Source of the DNA: Cyanobacteriota bacterium | GTDB taxonomy: Bacteria > Cyanobacteriota > Cyanobacteriia > Cyanobacteriales > Nostocaceae | Direction: 5' to 3' | NCBI GenBank assembly: GCA_046045965.1 | Contig: JBJOKS010000007.1 | Coordinates: 112,307-176,306, forward strand | DNA: 64,000 nt | Shown: in pieces, positions 10,270 through 21,419 of the stretch | How positions within the stretch are numbered: the stretch's first letter is position 1 | Layout: each line of letters begins with the position of its first letter | Notes under the pieces: generated by a model | Told to the model about the DNA's origin: nothing | Databases searched by the model: none | The model's input: only the letters and a program-made list of their open reading frames with translations | Program-made: the position numbers and the translations under genes

Positions 10270-11484
10270 TTATAAATAATCTGCGGGGTTAACAGGTGAA
10301 CCATTGCGTCTGACTTCAAAGTGCAGGTGGGGACCTGTGGATAAACCTGTAGAACCGACAGCAGCGATCGCTTGTCCTTTTTGTACAGATTGCCCTTCAC
10401 TCACATACAATTCACTACAATGGGCATATAGGGTGGTAATTCCTTTACCATGATCAATAATTAGGGATCTACCATAACCACCATACCAACCCGCAAAAAT
10501 AACTGTTCCTGAATCTGCGGCTCTAATTGTACTACCATAACTAGCGGCAAAATCCAAACCGGCATGAAAACGCCGATAACCGAGTATAGGGTGTATTCTC
10601 CAACCAAAAGGACTGCTGGTGGGTGCATCGCTGGGAAATGCAAAGATCCCAGTACCACGAATCCAAATTTTACTGTTAGCTTTTGCGCGTGCTGCTTGGA
10701 GTGCTTCTCTTTCTTCCCTGGCTTTTTGTTCAGCGATTTTTTGTTGAATTAAACCCGTTAAGTTTTCTGAGTCTTGTTCTAACTGCTTTTGTGCGGCTGC
10801 TAAAGCTAGGCGATCGCTATTTAAACGTTGAATTAATTCTCCCTGAGCTTCCGCTTGAGCTTGAAAATCAGCTTTTTGGGCTAATAACTGCTCTCTAATT
10901 ATAGCAATCACGTTTTTTTGTCTTTCTACTTCCGTTCTCTGCTGAATTAAGAAATTAGCTTGTTCTGCAAGTTTAGATAAAATCCGCTGGTCTGCCTGAT
11001 AAACTAACTTTAACTGATGACGACGACTGATAAAATCACTTAAATTTCGGCTTTGTAACAAAACAGCCAAACCTTGAGAATTTTGCGATCGCTGTAAAAA
11101 TCGTAACCGCGCCACCGTTGCAACTTGCCTTTCTTCATAATTACGCTCTGTTACAGATAAAGCCGCTTCTAATTCTTGGAGGCTTTCCGTAGCCAATTTT
11201 AACCGAGTTTCACTATCTTGGATTTGACTATTAGTAGTTTGTAAATTTTGTGTAATGCCAGTTAAGTGTTTTTGCGCTTCTGTTTGCAGATTTGTTAAGC
11301 GGTTCTTTTCCTGAATTACATTTTGACGCTGCTGCTGGATTTGTTGCTGTTGTTGTTTTAGAGTATCAATTGTTTGTGAGTAAGCTGCATCTAGTGGTAA
11401 AAATACTGAAATACACCAGACAACACAAAAAAATGTCAGCAACAACCACCAGATTCTAATTTTGGGGAAAGATACCGTTTTCAT
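10270..11484 (-). CDS. M23 family peptidase with coiled coil (EnvC-like murein hydrolase activator)
   Basis: Long coiled coil followed by HAGLD, LYAH and STGPHLHFEVR. Confidence 0.92.
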   Translation of the reverse strand: MKTVSFPKIRIWWLLLTFFCVVWCISVFLPLDAAYSQTIDTLKQQQQQIQQQRQNVIQEKNRLTNLQTEAQKHLTGITQNLQTTNSQIQDSETRLKLATESLQELEAALSVTERNYEERQVATVARLRFLQRSQNSQGLAVLLQSRNLSDFISRRHQLKLVYQADQRILSKLAEQANFLIQQRTEVERQKNVIAIIREQLLAQKADFQAQAEAQGELIQRLNSDRLALAAAQKQLEQDSENLTGLIQQKIAEQKAREEREALQAARAKANSKIWIRGTGIFAFPSDAPTSSPFGWRIHPILGYRRFHAGLDFAASYGSTIRAADSGTVIFAGWYGGYGRSLIIDHGKGITTLYAHCSELYVSEGQSVQKGQAIAAVGSTGLSTGPHLHFEVRRNGSPVNPADYL

Positions 11485-11667
11485 CCCGTGATATCAGCCA
11501 AAGAAGTACAAGCATAAACAGTATTATGCCCAAAGTTTGGCAAAAATTAACACCCATAACTATTACTGATGATTTGAATATGAAAACAGGTTCAGGCATT
11601 CTGGTTTTAACCTGAGTCTTACCTGGTTAATGTAAAATTATCACCATTACTCTTAACATTAAAGGTA

Positions 11668-11964
11668 ATGATGAAGACACGCCCAAGAATTTTATTATTT
11701 ACTTTAGTTCTCCCTGGTTTTTCGGTAGTATTAATATCGCTGTATTTTTTTGTTTTAGACTATTCTGCACTGATCAAAGCTGAAAACTATGTAGAACAAT
11801 TAGCAAAAGATAAAACTGCTAATGAAAGAAGTCTACAATTTGCTTATCATCGAGCTTTAGCCCATCGAATTAATGTTTTTGCAGATGCTACTTGGGGATT
11901 ATTAGGTGGTGTAATTACAGCCATAGGTATTCATGGTTTAGTAATATCAAAAGAGAAGGAATAA
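11668..11964 (+). CDS. Small two-TM membrane protein
   Basis: 98-aa ORF with two hydrophobic segments. Confidence 0.65.
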   Translation: MMKTRPRILLFTLVLPGFSVVLISLYFFVLDYSALIKAENYVEQLAKDKTANERSLQFAYHRALAHRINVFADATWGLLGGVITAIGIHGLVISKEKE

Positions 11965-12122
11965 AGAGTGATTTCTGGGAATTTGCCGCAGTCAATTAAA
12001 ATCCTGTAAATCCTCAAATCCTGGACATCCTGATTCTGACAAAATTCAATTATATAACATTGTAACTTTATCAGGAAAAGCGGGCAAGATGCCCGCACTA
12101 CAGAAGATTTAGCTAAGAAGAT

Positions 12123-13442
12123 TTAATTATAAAATGCAGTTTTCCAACTGGCTAAATCTGCTAAGGATCTATCTCGATAACGTCCATATTTTTCGGGTTT
12201 ACTTTTAATTTTCACACCCAAATCTGGGACAATTCCAAAATTAGGTGGCATGGGTTGAAAGTGCTTAGGAGCAGCGGAACTAATAAACTCAAATAATGCC
12301 CCCATCATGGTAGTATTAGGTAACATTAAAGGTTCTTTTCCTAAAGCAATTCTCGCTGCATTTGTTCCCGCTAACCAACCACCGGCAGATGCAGCAGTAT
12401 AACCTTCTGTTCCTATTAATTGTCCTGCTGCTAATAAAGTATGACGTTCCTTAAATTGCAAACTTGGTAACATTAACTGGGGTGCATTTAAAAAAGTATT
12501 ACGGTGCATAACTCCTAATCTGACAAACTCAGCTTTTTCCAAACCAGGAATCATTTGAAAAACTCGTTTTTGTTCACCCCAACGCAAATTAGTTTGAAAA
12601 CCAACCATATTCCAAAGTTGACCTGCTTTATCTTCTTGACGCAATTGAATTACCGCATAGTTACGTTCTCCCGTGCGCGGATCAGATAAACCCACTGGTT
12701 TCAGGGGACCATATCGCATGGTATCTTCTCCCCGTCTTGCCATTTCTTCAATTGGTAAACAAGCTTCAAAAAATTTCGCGGTTTCTCTTTCAAAGTCTTT
12801 TAATTCTGTTTGTTCAGCTTCACAAAGTGCCTGTCTAAATTGTAAATACTGTTCTTTATTCATGGGACAATTGAGATAAGCTGCTTCACCTTTGTCATAG
12901 CGGGAAGCCATAAAAGCAATATCTTTATTAATAGAATCACCGCTAATTATCGGACTAGCTGCATCAAAAAAGTTCAGATATTCCATCCCGGTAAAACGCT
13001 GTAAATCTGCGGATAAATCGGGACTGGTTAACGGTCCAGAAGCTAACACTACAATACCTTCAGGAATTTCTTTAACTTCACCTCTGCGGAAATCAATTAA
13101 AGGATGATTTGCTAAAGTTTGGGTTAAGTCTTCCCCGAATACTCCCCTATCAACTGCTAAAGCGCCTCCTGCGGGTACTGCGTGTTCATCAGCTTTAGAG
13201 ATGATAATAGAACCGAGTTGACGGAGTTCTTCGTGTAATAAACCGGCTGCGCGATCGCTCGCCATAGCCCCGAAAGAGTTACTACAGACCAATTCAGCCA
13301 AATTTTCGGTATGATGGGCAGGGCTGAACCTTTTAGGGCGCATCTCGTGGAGAATTACAGGAACGCCGGCTTGTGCTATTTGCCATGCTGCTTCTGTTCC
13401 TGCAAGTCCGCCGCCAATTACTTGTATGGGTTGTTGTGTCAT
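12123..13442 (-). CDS. trmFO: Folate/FAD-dependent tRNA m5U54 methyltransferase TrmFO (Gid)
   Basis: [41 protein letters not shown]. Confidence 0.96.
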   Translation of the reverse strand: MTQQPIQVIGGGLAGTEAAWQIAQAGVPVILHEMRPKRFSPAHHTENLAELVCSNSFGAMASDRAAGLLHEELRQLGSIIISKADEHAVPAGGALAVDRGVFGEDLTQTLANHPLIDFRRGEVKEIPEGIVVLASGPLTSPDLSADLQRFTGMEYLNFFDAASPIISGDSINKDIAFMASRYDKGEAAYLNCPMNKEQYLQFRQALCEAEQTELKDFERETAKFFEACLPIEEMARRGEDTMRYGPLKPVGLSDPRTGERNYAVIQLRQEDKAGQLWNMVGFQTNLRWGEQKRVFQMIPGLEKAEFVRLGVMHRNTFLNAPQLMLPSLQFKERHTLLAAGQLIGTEGYTAASAGGWLAGTNAARIALGKEPLMLPNTTMMGALFEFISSAAPKHFQPMPPNFGIVPDLGVKIKSKPEKYGRYRDRSLADLASWKTAFYN

Positions 13443-13525
13443 AGTTGTTTTTTTAATTACTTGGTTTGGTTAAATATATTTTAAATGTGTTGAAAAAGCC
13501 GCTGCATGGGCATTTTAAGCTTACC

Positions 13526-13876
13526 TCAAAGGGGTAGTTTTGCAATCCGATTAAGCCACTCCTCTGCACTGGATACTGCCCAAATCAGCAATAGTTCGTC
13601 AATAATGACTTCAAGCGGTAATTTACGAGAAACAATGATAACGCCTGTACTTTGCTTGTTGGTAATAAACTGTGCAAACTCTGATGGCATTGTTTTACGA
13701 TCATGGCTGACAAGGATACGCCCCTGCTGTGCAGCAATATTCAATACTTCCGGATCTTTTACACCTTCTAAGCCAGCAACAAAGGCGCTTTGAAAATCAA
13801 TGCTGGGTTCTCGTCGCAGAACTCCCGTTACAATAGACTGATTCAAATCAGCATCGGCTTGATAGCGAATATTCAC
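13526..13876 (-). CDS. DUF5615/PIN-like putative toxin
   Basis: YQADADL, DPEVL..A...GRILVSHD PIN-like motifs; 4-bp overlap with the upstream gene. Confidence 0.8.
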   Translation of the reverse strand: MNIRYQADADLNQSIVTGVLRREPSIDFQSAFVAGLEGVKDPEVLNIAAQQGRILVSHDRKTMPSEFAQFITNKQSTGVIIVSRKLPLEVIIDELLLIWAVSSAEEWLNRIAKLPL

Positions 13877-14202
13877 AATCTCACCTGCTGCCTTGCTGTT
13901 TTCGCTGCCTTGAGTTTGTCATATAAAATAGGATCACTGGTTTCTAGTGGTTGAGGCATAGCATCAAAAGCCGCTTCCTCATCTGCTAAGTAAGTATCAA
14001 TCTCAGCGCGGTTAGCTAGATAAAACGTGATTCCTCCATAAACCTGTTCTAGCGTTAGCAGCGGAAAAGATTGAACGATACTTTCAGGTGATAAGCCTTT
14101 TCGGAAAGCATAGACAATCGAATCTAGAGAAATCCGTGTTCCTTCCACCCAATACCCATCGTTCCGATACTCTACGTAAGTTTTAGCTGCTATAACTGAC
14201 AT
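13873..14202 (-). CDS. DUF433 putative antitoxin
   Basis: GTRISLDSIV...SPESIVQSFPLLTLEQVY pattern. Confidence 0.85.
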   Translation of the reverse strand: MSVIAAKTYVEYRNDGYWVEGTRISLDSIVYAFRKGLSPESIVQSFPLLTLEQVYGGITFYLANRAEIDTYLADEEAAFDAMPQPLETSDPILYDKLKAAKTARQQVRL

Positions 14203-14394
14203 AAATTTACTCGCTTGTCTAGCTATTTATAATCATAAACTGTTTTCTTAACTCTGATTTTGTCAAGTCTTTGTTTTTCTATTTTTTTGATTCTCTCAAA
14301 TATACAGAATCAATGATTTATTTTCTGAAACTTTCGGAAATATATTTTATGTAGATACAACAATTTAATAACACTGTACATCATCTATTCTGAA

Positions 14395-14730
14395 TTAAAA
14401 AACTGCGTATTCTGAATGTTGTCTCAGTGAAGGATAATGAAAACCAATGACAATCTCTTTTTTAGCAATTCCCATTTCTTCTAGTTCTTCACCAACATCA
14501 ATATCTGTGTTATTTTCCTGAAGCCAGATTTTTCCATCTTTGATATCAAAATGGAATATACAGGAATGAATTCGGCGTTTTTTATCCCAACCAGTCCGCA
14601 ATAATAGATAATGATCATTTTCTGTATCAAAGATCAATTGGGTTTCCATATTTTGATCTTTTGAGCCATATTTTGCGTATTGGGTGAGAAATTCTCGCAA
14701 ACATTGGCGATAGTAATTTAGTCTATCCAT
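14395..14730 (-). CDS. xisI: XisI family protein
   Basis: QLIFDTENDHYLL..GW...RIH..IFHFDIKDGKIWLQENNT...IVIGF. Confidence 0.9.
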   Translation of the reverse strand: MDRLNYYRQCLREFLTQYAKYGSKDQNMETQLIFDTENDHYLLLRTGWDKKRRIHSCIFHFDIKDGKIWLQENNTDIDVGEELEEMGIAKKEIVIGFHYPSLRQHSEYAVF

Positions 14731-14762
14731 AATTTTATTACCTCTGTTACTTCATCATTTTA

Positions 14763-16004
14763 TTATTTACCATATCTCTGTTTTATATATTTAATCTCCT
14801 CCCTTAAACCATTAGCATGAATTAACCCAACGTAACCGCGAAATTGACATTTATTTTGTGCATCATAAATAGAAACATGAGGAGTTTGAGCGAGATTATC
14901 TCTGAATCTTAATCTTCCACTTCCATCTACAAATCTAAAATTTTCCGTGATTGGATCAATAGGATTCAAGATTTTCCAAATATTTTGTGTACCTGGAATA
15001 GTTGTTTGTATACTTTCTGTAACTCCATGAACAAGAGTTGTCATACCCGGAACTTTTTCCAATCGCTTAACTACCAAATTAATAATTTTTTCCTCATTAC
15101 CTAAAATATGATCTGTAATCATTTTAGCCGTTTGGGGACAATTCCAATAACCAATATGAGCGTCTGCTGCACCAGCAGCAACAGCACCTAAATCAAGAAC
15201 TTTATTAATAGATGTGATATCACTTACTGTTTTAATACCAGGAAAATTCGCTATTTGACGCACATAACTTTCTAAATTATTTGCATTGTCAATAATAAAT
15301 TTATCTGTAACGCTAATATTAGAATCTTCTTTAATTTCCAAGCTAGAACTAATCGGATAAGCAATCATATCTGAGGAATGAATAATATTTAACCACCGCA
15401 AAGGATATTTAAATGATTGACACTTCAACTTCACTTGTTCAGCAGGAATATCTAAAAGCATATTAAATAAAATTACTGGTGAACCCATTGTAGTAATGCT
15501 TTTGAGTTGTACCTGATTATTAATTAATTCTCTAAACTGAAAAGCTGGATCATTATTTTCAAAGTTATCTGAAAACAACATATCCCATAAAATTACAGTT
15601 CCCATTGAATGGGCAATTATATGTAACTCTTTTTCTTGTGAGTGATTTGTGATCAAATCTTCTAAATGTTCAGCTATGGATTGTCTAATTTTTTTTCCTC
15701 TTTGAAAGTTTAGGTAGGTAAACGCATCACCAACAAAATCAGATATAAACCCTTCTCTTAAATCTTTACCTCTTAAAATATCTTGACTATCAACATAAGG
15801 ATTTTCTTTTTTAAATTTTTCTAAGTCCTCATGAATGAAATTCCAGATTTTACCTTTATTATTTATAATATCTGCATAAAATCCAGAATGAAAATGAGGT
15901 AATTTTTGTCCTCTTTGGGAGAACTCTTTTTGAATTAAGGTTTTTAGAGGTTCTGCAAATTTAGTCTTATATTCTGCAACACCGTGGATAAAAAGTATAA
16001 GCAT
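14763..16004 (-). CDS. Alpha/beta-hydrolase-fold hypothetical protein
   Basis: FIHGV oxyanion-like motif, AHSMG nucleophile elbow, TMGSP, D..AYP, AHIGYW. Confidence 0.75.
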   Translation of the reverse strand: MLILFIHGVAEYKTKFAEPLKTLIQKEFSQRGQKLPHFHSGFYADIINNKGKIWNFIHEDLEKFKKENPYVDSQDILRGKDLREGFISDFVGDAFTYLNFQRGKKIRQSIAEHLEDLITNHSQEKELHIIAHSMGTVILWDMLFSDNFENNDPAFQFRELINNQVQLKSITTMGSPVILFNMLLDIPAEQVKLKCQSFKYPLRWLNIIHSSDMIAYPISSSLEIKEDSNISVTDKFIIDNANNLESYVRQIANFPGIKTVSDITSINKVLDLGAVAAGAADAHIGYWNCPQTAKMITDHILGNEEKIINLVVKRLEKVPGMTTLVHGVTESIQTTIPGTQNIWKILNPIDPITENFRFVDGSGRLRFRDNLAQTPHVSIYDAQNKCQFRGYVGLIHANGLREEIKYIKQRYGK

Positions 16005-16175
16005 TGCTGTATTCTCGTAATAGCAGCATAATTATAATTTGTTTATTTTGAATTAGGAATATATTTACAAAAAACTTAATAAAATTGAGTTTTATTTCTC
16101 GTTCAGAGTCTTTTTTATTTTACTCCTATCTGATCATACAGGTCAGACAAAAAGCCTGACCTAATTATTTAAATT

Positions 16176-17330
16176 CTAAGCACAAAGAGCTAAAATCTGC
16201 TCAACAACTTGCGGGTTAACATCTTTATTTTCCCCCAAAGCTGTCATTCCATGCTTTTCTAAATTCTTGATGACTACTGGAATAGTTTCTACCCCCACAC
16301 CATAATCAGATAACCGAGTCCGCACACCAACAGATTCAAAAAATTCACGAGTTTTATTAATAGCTGTATCTACTCTTTCTGCTTCCGAACCATCAACAAT
16401 ACCCCAAACTCTCTCGGCATATTGTAGGAGTTTTTGCCATTTGCCATCGCGTTTAATTGTCAACGTACTTGGTAACACAATAGCCAAAGTTTGGGCATGA
16501 TCTAAACCATGTAAAGCTGTCAATTCATGACCGATCATGTGAGTAGTCCAATCTTGAGGAACACCCACAGCAATTAACCCATTTAACGCCATTGTTGCTG
16601 ACCAAACTAAATTCGCTCTGGCATCATAATCTGTAGGATCAGCTAAAGTTTTTGGACCTTCTTCAATCAAAGTTTGTAAAATAGATTCAGCCATCCGATC
16701 TTGTAATGGTGCATTTACCGGATAGGTTAAATACTGTTCCATCACATGAGTAAAAGCATCAACTATCCCATTACTAATTTGTCTGGGAGGGAGAGAAAAA
16801 GTTGTTTCTGGATCAAGTACAGAAAATTTAGGAAACACCAAAGGACTAGAAAAATATAACTTTTCTTGGGTTTCCCACTTGGTAACAACTGCGTTTGTAT
16901 TCATTTCCGAACCAGTCGCAGGTAAAGTCAAAACCACACCCATTGGTAAAGCCGCAGTTACCGCTGCACCCTTGGCTAAAATATCCCAAGGATCACCCAC
17001 AAAAGGAACCGCAGCAGCTATAAATTTAGTCCCATCTGCAACAGAACCACCACCCACAGCCAATAAAAAATCAATCCCTTCTGTACGGATCAATTCCACT
17101 GCTGTCATCAAGGTTTCAAAATGGGGGTTGGGTTCAATACCACCAAACTCAAATACATTCCTTCCAGCTAATGCCGATTTTACCTGATCATAAACCCCAT
17201 TGGCTTTAATGCTACCACCGCCATAGGTAATGAGAATTTTCGCATCTGCGGGTATTTCCGCTGCAATGTTGGCGATTTGACCTTTACCAAACAGGATTTT
17301 AACAGGATTGTAAAAAGCAAAGTTTTCCAT
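16176..17330 (-). CDS. Iron-containing NADPH-dependent alcohol/aldehyde dehydrogenase (YqhD-like)
   Basis: YGGGSIK, GGGSVADG, TLPATGSE, THMIGHELTALHGLDHA. Confidence 0.93.
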   Translation of the reverse strand: MENFAFYNPVKILFGKGQIANIAAEIPADAKILITYGGGSIKANGVYDQVKSALAGRNVFEFGGIEPNPHFETLMTAVELIRTEGIDFLLAVGGGSVADGTKFIAAAVPFVGDPWDILAKGAAVTAALPMGVVLTLPATGSEMNTNAVVTKWETQEKLYFSSPLVFPKFSVLDPETTFSLPPRQISNGIVDAFTHVMEQYLTYPVNAPLQDRMAESILQTLIEEGPKTLADPTDYDARANLVWSATMALNGLIAVGVPQDWTTHMIGHELTALHGLDHAQTLAIVLPSTLTIKRDGKWQKLLQYAERVWGIVDGSEAERVDTAINKTREFFESVGVRTRLSDYGVGVETIPVVIKNLEKHGMTALGENKDVNPQVVEQILALCA

Positions 17331-17461
17331 GATTAGTCACACAAGGGAATTAGATAATACCTTGAGTATTGTAATCACTTTTTTAATTTTTGTGTCTATA
17401 TTCACGTAATACACTTTTTTAAGTCCCTTTTTTAAGAGTAATTTAGAGACATCCCAAACAA

Positions 17462-18391
17462 TCAAGATAATTCATCAATAAATGGAGAGATTGCAGCTAC
17501 AAAATCAGCCGTTGATTCATAGGGTAAAACATTTCTTCCTTTAATTTTTATCCCTCTACCTTGAGGTAAACAAGCCAGATAATCAGCCATTCTTTCATCT
17601 GGAGTTTCTTTTTTGCCTTCTTTACTAATAGCTGATGCTGTCTCACCCAAAACTATTAAAGTCGGTTGTTGAATAGCTGCAATATCACTACTATAATCAC
17701 GTTGCCAAAATCTCGCTAAAAAGGAAAATACAGCATAGCGTCCACCCATATTTTGAGCATCTGCTAATAAGGTATTTAACCATTCTTCATCAACAGCATC
17801 ACCAGAAGCAAACAGTTTTTCAGTTGAGAAAGAAACTAAAAATTTGCGGGTGCGTGCATAGCGAAAAAAAGCATTTCCTACAGGTGAATCAAATATATTC
17901 CAAAGTAGTTTTTGTTGCCATTTAGGAGCATTTTTAGTAGTCACACTCCAAGCTGTTGGTCCCGAAAATATCAATCCAGTAATTAAATTTGGTGCTAATT
18001 TGACTAATTCAATTGCTACTGGTGATAAAGCACCCTGTGATATTAAAATTACAGGTTTTTGAACTACGGTTTCTAAAAAGTATTGTAACTGTTTTGCCCA
18101 ATCAATTGGTGTATAAGCTTTTCGTGGTGTATCGCTTTCACCACATCCCAATAAATCGGGATTGTAAATAATATTCCCATGATTAGTATCATCCCATTCA
18201 CGGCAAAATCGCTGCCAAAATTGCCGTGATAAACCTACACCAATGGGATGAATTAATAGTAAAGGAATATCTTCAGGATCAGAATTTACTGGTTGATGCA
18301 CTTCATAAGCACAGCGGTAATTTTCCCAAGTGTAAAACTGGGTAGGGGATGTTGTTATGTCAGAGGAATTAGCTAACATTGGCGATCGCAT
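17462..18391 (-). CDS. Alpha/beta hydrolase fold protein
   Basis: LLIHPIGVG, PDLLGCGESD motifs; start moved downstream to avoid overlap with the SDR gene. Confidence 0.85.
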   Translation of the reverse strand: MRSPMLANSSDITTSPTQFYTWENYRCAYEVHQPVNSDPEDIPLLLIHPIGVGLSRQFWQRFCREWDDTNHGNIIYNPDLLGCGESDTPRKAYTPIDWAKQLQYFLETVVQKPVILISQGALSPVAIELVKLAPNLITGLIFSGPTAWSVTTKNAPKWQQKLLWNIFDSPVGNAFFRYARTRKFLVSFSTEKLFASGDAVDEEWLNTLLADAQNMGGRYAVFSFLARFWQRDYSSDIAAIQQPTLIVLGETASAISKEGKKETPDERMADYLACLPQGRGIKIKGRNVLPYESTADFVAAISPFIDELS

Positions 18392-18408
18392 GAGTCTTTT
18401 AATAGTTA

Positions 18409-19233
18409 CTAAAAGATGATTTGGGGATGAATAAACTTGTATCCTGCATCTTTTATCTTTTGATTCGACACCCACGCATTATATTGGCGGGTACTCTTAT
18501 TTGTTGCATCCCATATCACATTAGGTAAATTATGTTTGGTGAGGACATTATCAATTAATTCTCGACTGGTAAGATGGGCATCATCAACTAAATTATAAAT
18601 ACCTTGTAAGCGGTGATCACGAGCAAATTCTATCGCGCCAACAATATCATGTAAATGCACCCAATTGGTGATATCTTCACCTTTACCGGGTCGGGTTGTA
18701 CCAGCGACTCGTCCAAATATTTTCACCAATTCTCTACCAGGTCCATAAATACCCCCCAAGCGCAAAACACAAACGCGCAGATTTTCATTTTCGGCTGATA
18801 GTAAAACGTCTTCGGTTTTGCGGAGAATCTGAGCATTGAGATTAGCCGGTGCTGGTGGTGTTTCTTCATCTACCCATACACCATTTCTATCACCGTAAAC
18901 GGAATAACTTCCTGTATATATCAATTGGTGAATATGGGGAGAATGTTTCAGTACAGAAACTAAAGTTTTTGCAGTTTCTAGATAAGTTTCTTCATAGGTA
19001 TTTCCACCTTTTGCACCCACGCTTAACAGGACAACATCTTGATTTTGTAATACAGATTTTACAGCTTCATAATCATTGCCTTTAGTGACTATAACTTTTT
19101 GAGCTACTGCTTTGAGTCCATCAACTCGCTCAGGACTCGTTGTGGTTGCAGTCAGCATCAAACTTTGATTTTGCTGCCAATATTGAGAAACTGAATAACC
19201 AACATAACCACACCCAATTATTGCTATATTCAT
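18409..19233 (-). CDS. Atypical SDR / NAD-dependent epimerase-like oxidoreductase
   Basis: GCGYVG Rossmann motif, SVYGD, RLGGIYGPGR, NWVHLHD. Confidence 0.9.
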   Translation of the reverse strand: MNIAIIGCGYVGYSVSQYWQQNQSLMLTATTTSPERVDGLKAVAQKVIVTKGNDYEAVKSVLQNQDVVLLSVGAKGGNTYEETYLETAKTLVSVLKHSPHIHQLIYTGSYSVYGDRNGVWVDEETPPAPANLNAQILRKTEDVLLSAENENLRVCVLRLGGIYGPGRELVKIFGRVAGTTRPGKGEDITNWVHLHDIVGAIEFARDHRLQGIYNLVDDAHLTSRELIDNVLTKHNLPNVIWDATNKSTRQYNAWVSNQKIKDAGYKFIHPQIIF

Positions 19234-19538
19234 GACGATTTAAACACAAAAAATTAAATTACTTTCCAAATGCAAGTTGCCAAAATCGTTAATTACAAGA
19301 ATTGCTAACTAATGACTGTCGCTACTTTCTCCTGAAAAATTAATACTTAAAACTTAAATACCCCTTGGAGAATATTATAAACTCCCCTAAAGTAGCTTCC
19401 CGCAGAACATTTTCAGTTTTCTGTTACAGAAGATACCATTTTTCAGGATTTTTTTGCTCAGGAATATTACTAAGTTTCCCATATTGATTGTAGGTACGGT
19501 TAACTTAGTTCTTAATCTTGTTATCAACTCAGCTTGGT

Positions 19539-20207
19539 TTAGCGATGAATTGCGCCATCAGGCATAATAGCCCCAGTTAGGTTAGCACCTATCAGTTTCA
19601 CCAGCAAACGCTCACCTGAACGAATCCTAGCACCTGTCAAGTCAGCACCCCGTAAGTCAGCACCACTGAGATCCGCACCAATCAAATTAGCCGAACGTAA
19701 ATTTGCTTCTCTCAAATCGGCTAACAACAGGTTCGCTCTAAATAAATTTGCTTCCGATAAATCCGCACCTCGGAGATTAACTTTGTGCATAAAAGTGTCA
19801 CTGAGATTAGAACCGCTTAAATTAGCATAACTCAGGTTTCTGCCAGATAAGTCTCTGTTACTGAGGTTTGCTCGACTAAAATCTTTGCCACTTAAGTCAG
19901 GATTTTGATTTGGCTGTTGATAGTTGGTTTGTGGTTGTTGATAGTAACTCGAAGATGGTTTTTTTTGCTGAGTTGATCTAGCATAATTTACAGTTTGAGA
20001 CTTATCTTTTAAAGAACGTAATTTTTCACGAGCTTCATTCAAGGCTTTGATCTTGTCTTGAGCTTTTTGCTGTAAGCGGTGGTTATCTTTAGGTAGGCGA
20101 TCAGGATGCCAAACAAACACTAAATCTTTGTAAGCCTGGTTTACCTCTTCTAGTGTTGCTCCAGGCTCTAAATCTAAGACTCTGTAGTACCGCTCCAGTT
20201 CGCTCAT
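19539..20207 (-). CDS. DnaJ-domain plus pentapeptide-repeat protein
   Basis: WHPDR J-domain followed by A(N/D)Lxx repeats. Confidence 0.92.
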   Translation of the reverse strand: MSELERYYRVLDLEPGATLEEVNQAYKDLVFVWHPDRLPKDNHRLQQKAQDKIKALNEAREKLRSLKDKSQTVNYARSTQQKKPSSSYYQQPQTNYQQPNQNPDLSGKDFSRANLSNRDLSGRNLSYANLSGSNLSDTFMHKVNLRGADLSEANLFRANLLLADLREANLRSANLIGADLSGADLRGADLTGARIRSGERLLVKLIGANLTGAIMPDGAIHR

Positions 20208-20343
20208 ACGATGTATTGGTGAAAAATCAAATAATATTTAAATTAATTATGAGTGATATCGCCATCTTAGGTACAATGAACTTTGAACAGGGAAGATGGG
20301 GAGAAAATAAATAATTACGAATTACGAATTACGAATTTATTAT

Positions 20344-20841
20344 TCACCTGGTTAAGCCATTTCTCCATTGAGTTATAGCTCGCCAATATGCCCCAATGGG
20401 AATCTGATAAATCTCAATAAAAAGCCAAACTATAATTGCTAAGTGTAACACAAAGGTCAGTAATGTCCAAACATAAGGTATCCAAGACAGTGGAACATCA
20501 GGTTTAGGTGGTAAATAATAAGCTCCTATCCCAATTAAGGTGGTGGGAAAGATCACAAAAGCAATTGCGCCTAATACGTAACCCCAACCTAATTCCACGC
20601 CTTCTAATTGGGCTTGATTCCACTTAAAGCCATTCCAACGCCATACCAGCGGCGGTTGTCTAGCAGGCATTTTGATTTGCTGTGATTCTAAATTGACGGT
20701 AAAAATTTCTTGACAAAAGTCACAGGACATCGCTTCCATTAATGGCATAGAAGAAATTTTACCGATGCGACACACAGGACAGGGGTAATCTTCGTGAAAA
20801 TTTAAAGATGTAGCGAAAATTTTGGAATTGCTCATAATCAA
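20344..20841 (-). CDS. Hypothetical membrane protein with N-terminal zinc-ribbon-like motif
   Basis: CPVC...CDFC and two TM segments. Confidence 0.8.
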   Translation of the reverse strand: MIMSNSKIFATSLNFHEDYPCPVCRIGKISSMPLMEAMSCDFCQEIFTVNLESQQIKMPARQPPLVWRWNGFKWNQAQLEGVELGWGYVLGAIAFVIFPTTLIGIGAYYLPPKPDVPLSWIPYVWTLLTFVLHLAIIVWLFIEIYQIPIGAYWRAITQWRNGLTR

Positions 20842-21419
20842 ACTGGTACTTCTAACAAAATTAATTTTGTTAATGATAAATCAACTAAAAAGCATTAATT
20901 GTCAGATTTTTCACTATTTACCTTGCTATTCATTTTGATGTAGAAGCAGGTTAAGGGGGAAAGGAACAGAAAAAATATGGCTTGCATTTGTAATGAGTCT
21001 ATCGTGTTTTGTCTGTGATCAGCATCCTGGGGGAGATTGATGACCCACTCGTTACAAACCAGTGTTTCTGGAAAGCATCTTAACAGATATACAGATTATA
21101 TACAGATTTATGTTGTTTTGGTAACTATAAATATATACAAATATTACAGCACATTTTATCTGAGTCAGGTACATAAGGGCGGGCAGGATGCCCACCCCAC
21201 AAAGTTGAATTTTGAAGTTTTACTTAAGTTTTAATTTTTAATTTGTAATTGATATTTTTCTGTCTCAAAATCATGTAAAATATACATACAATAGTATCGT
21301 TTAGATGATAAGTTCCATTGCTGCCTATGCCAGCATTTGCTGTTTGACTCCAGAATATCTGCCCTTTTAGGGTAGGGAGTATGTCAAAATTAGATATAGA
21401 TAACTTTTGAGAAAAACCT

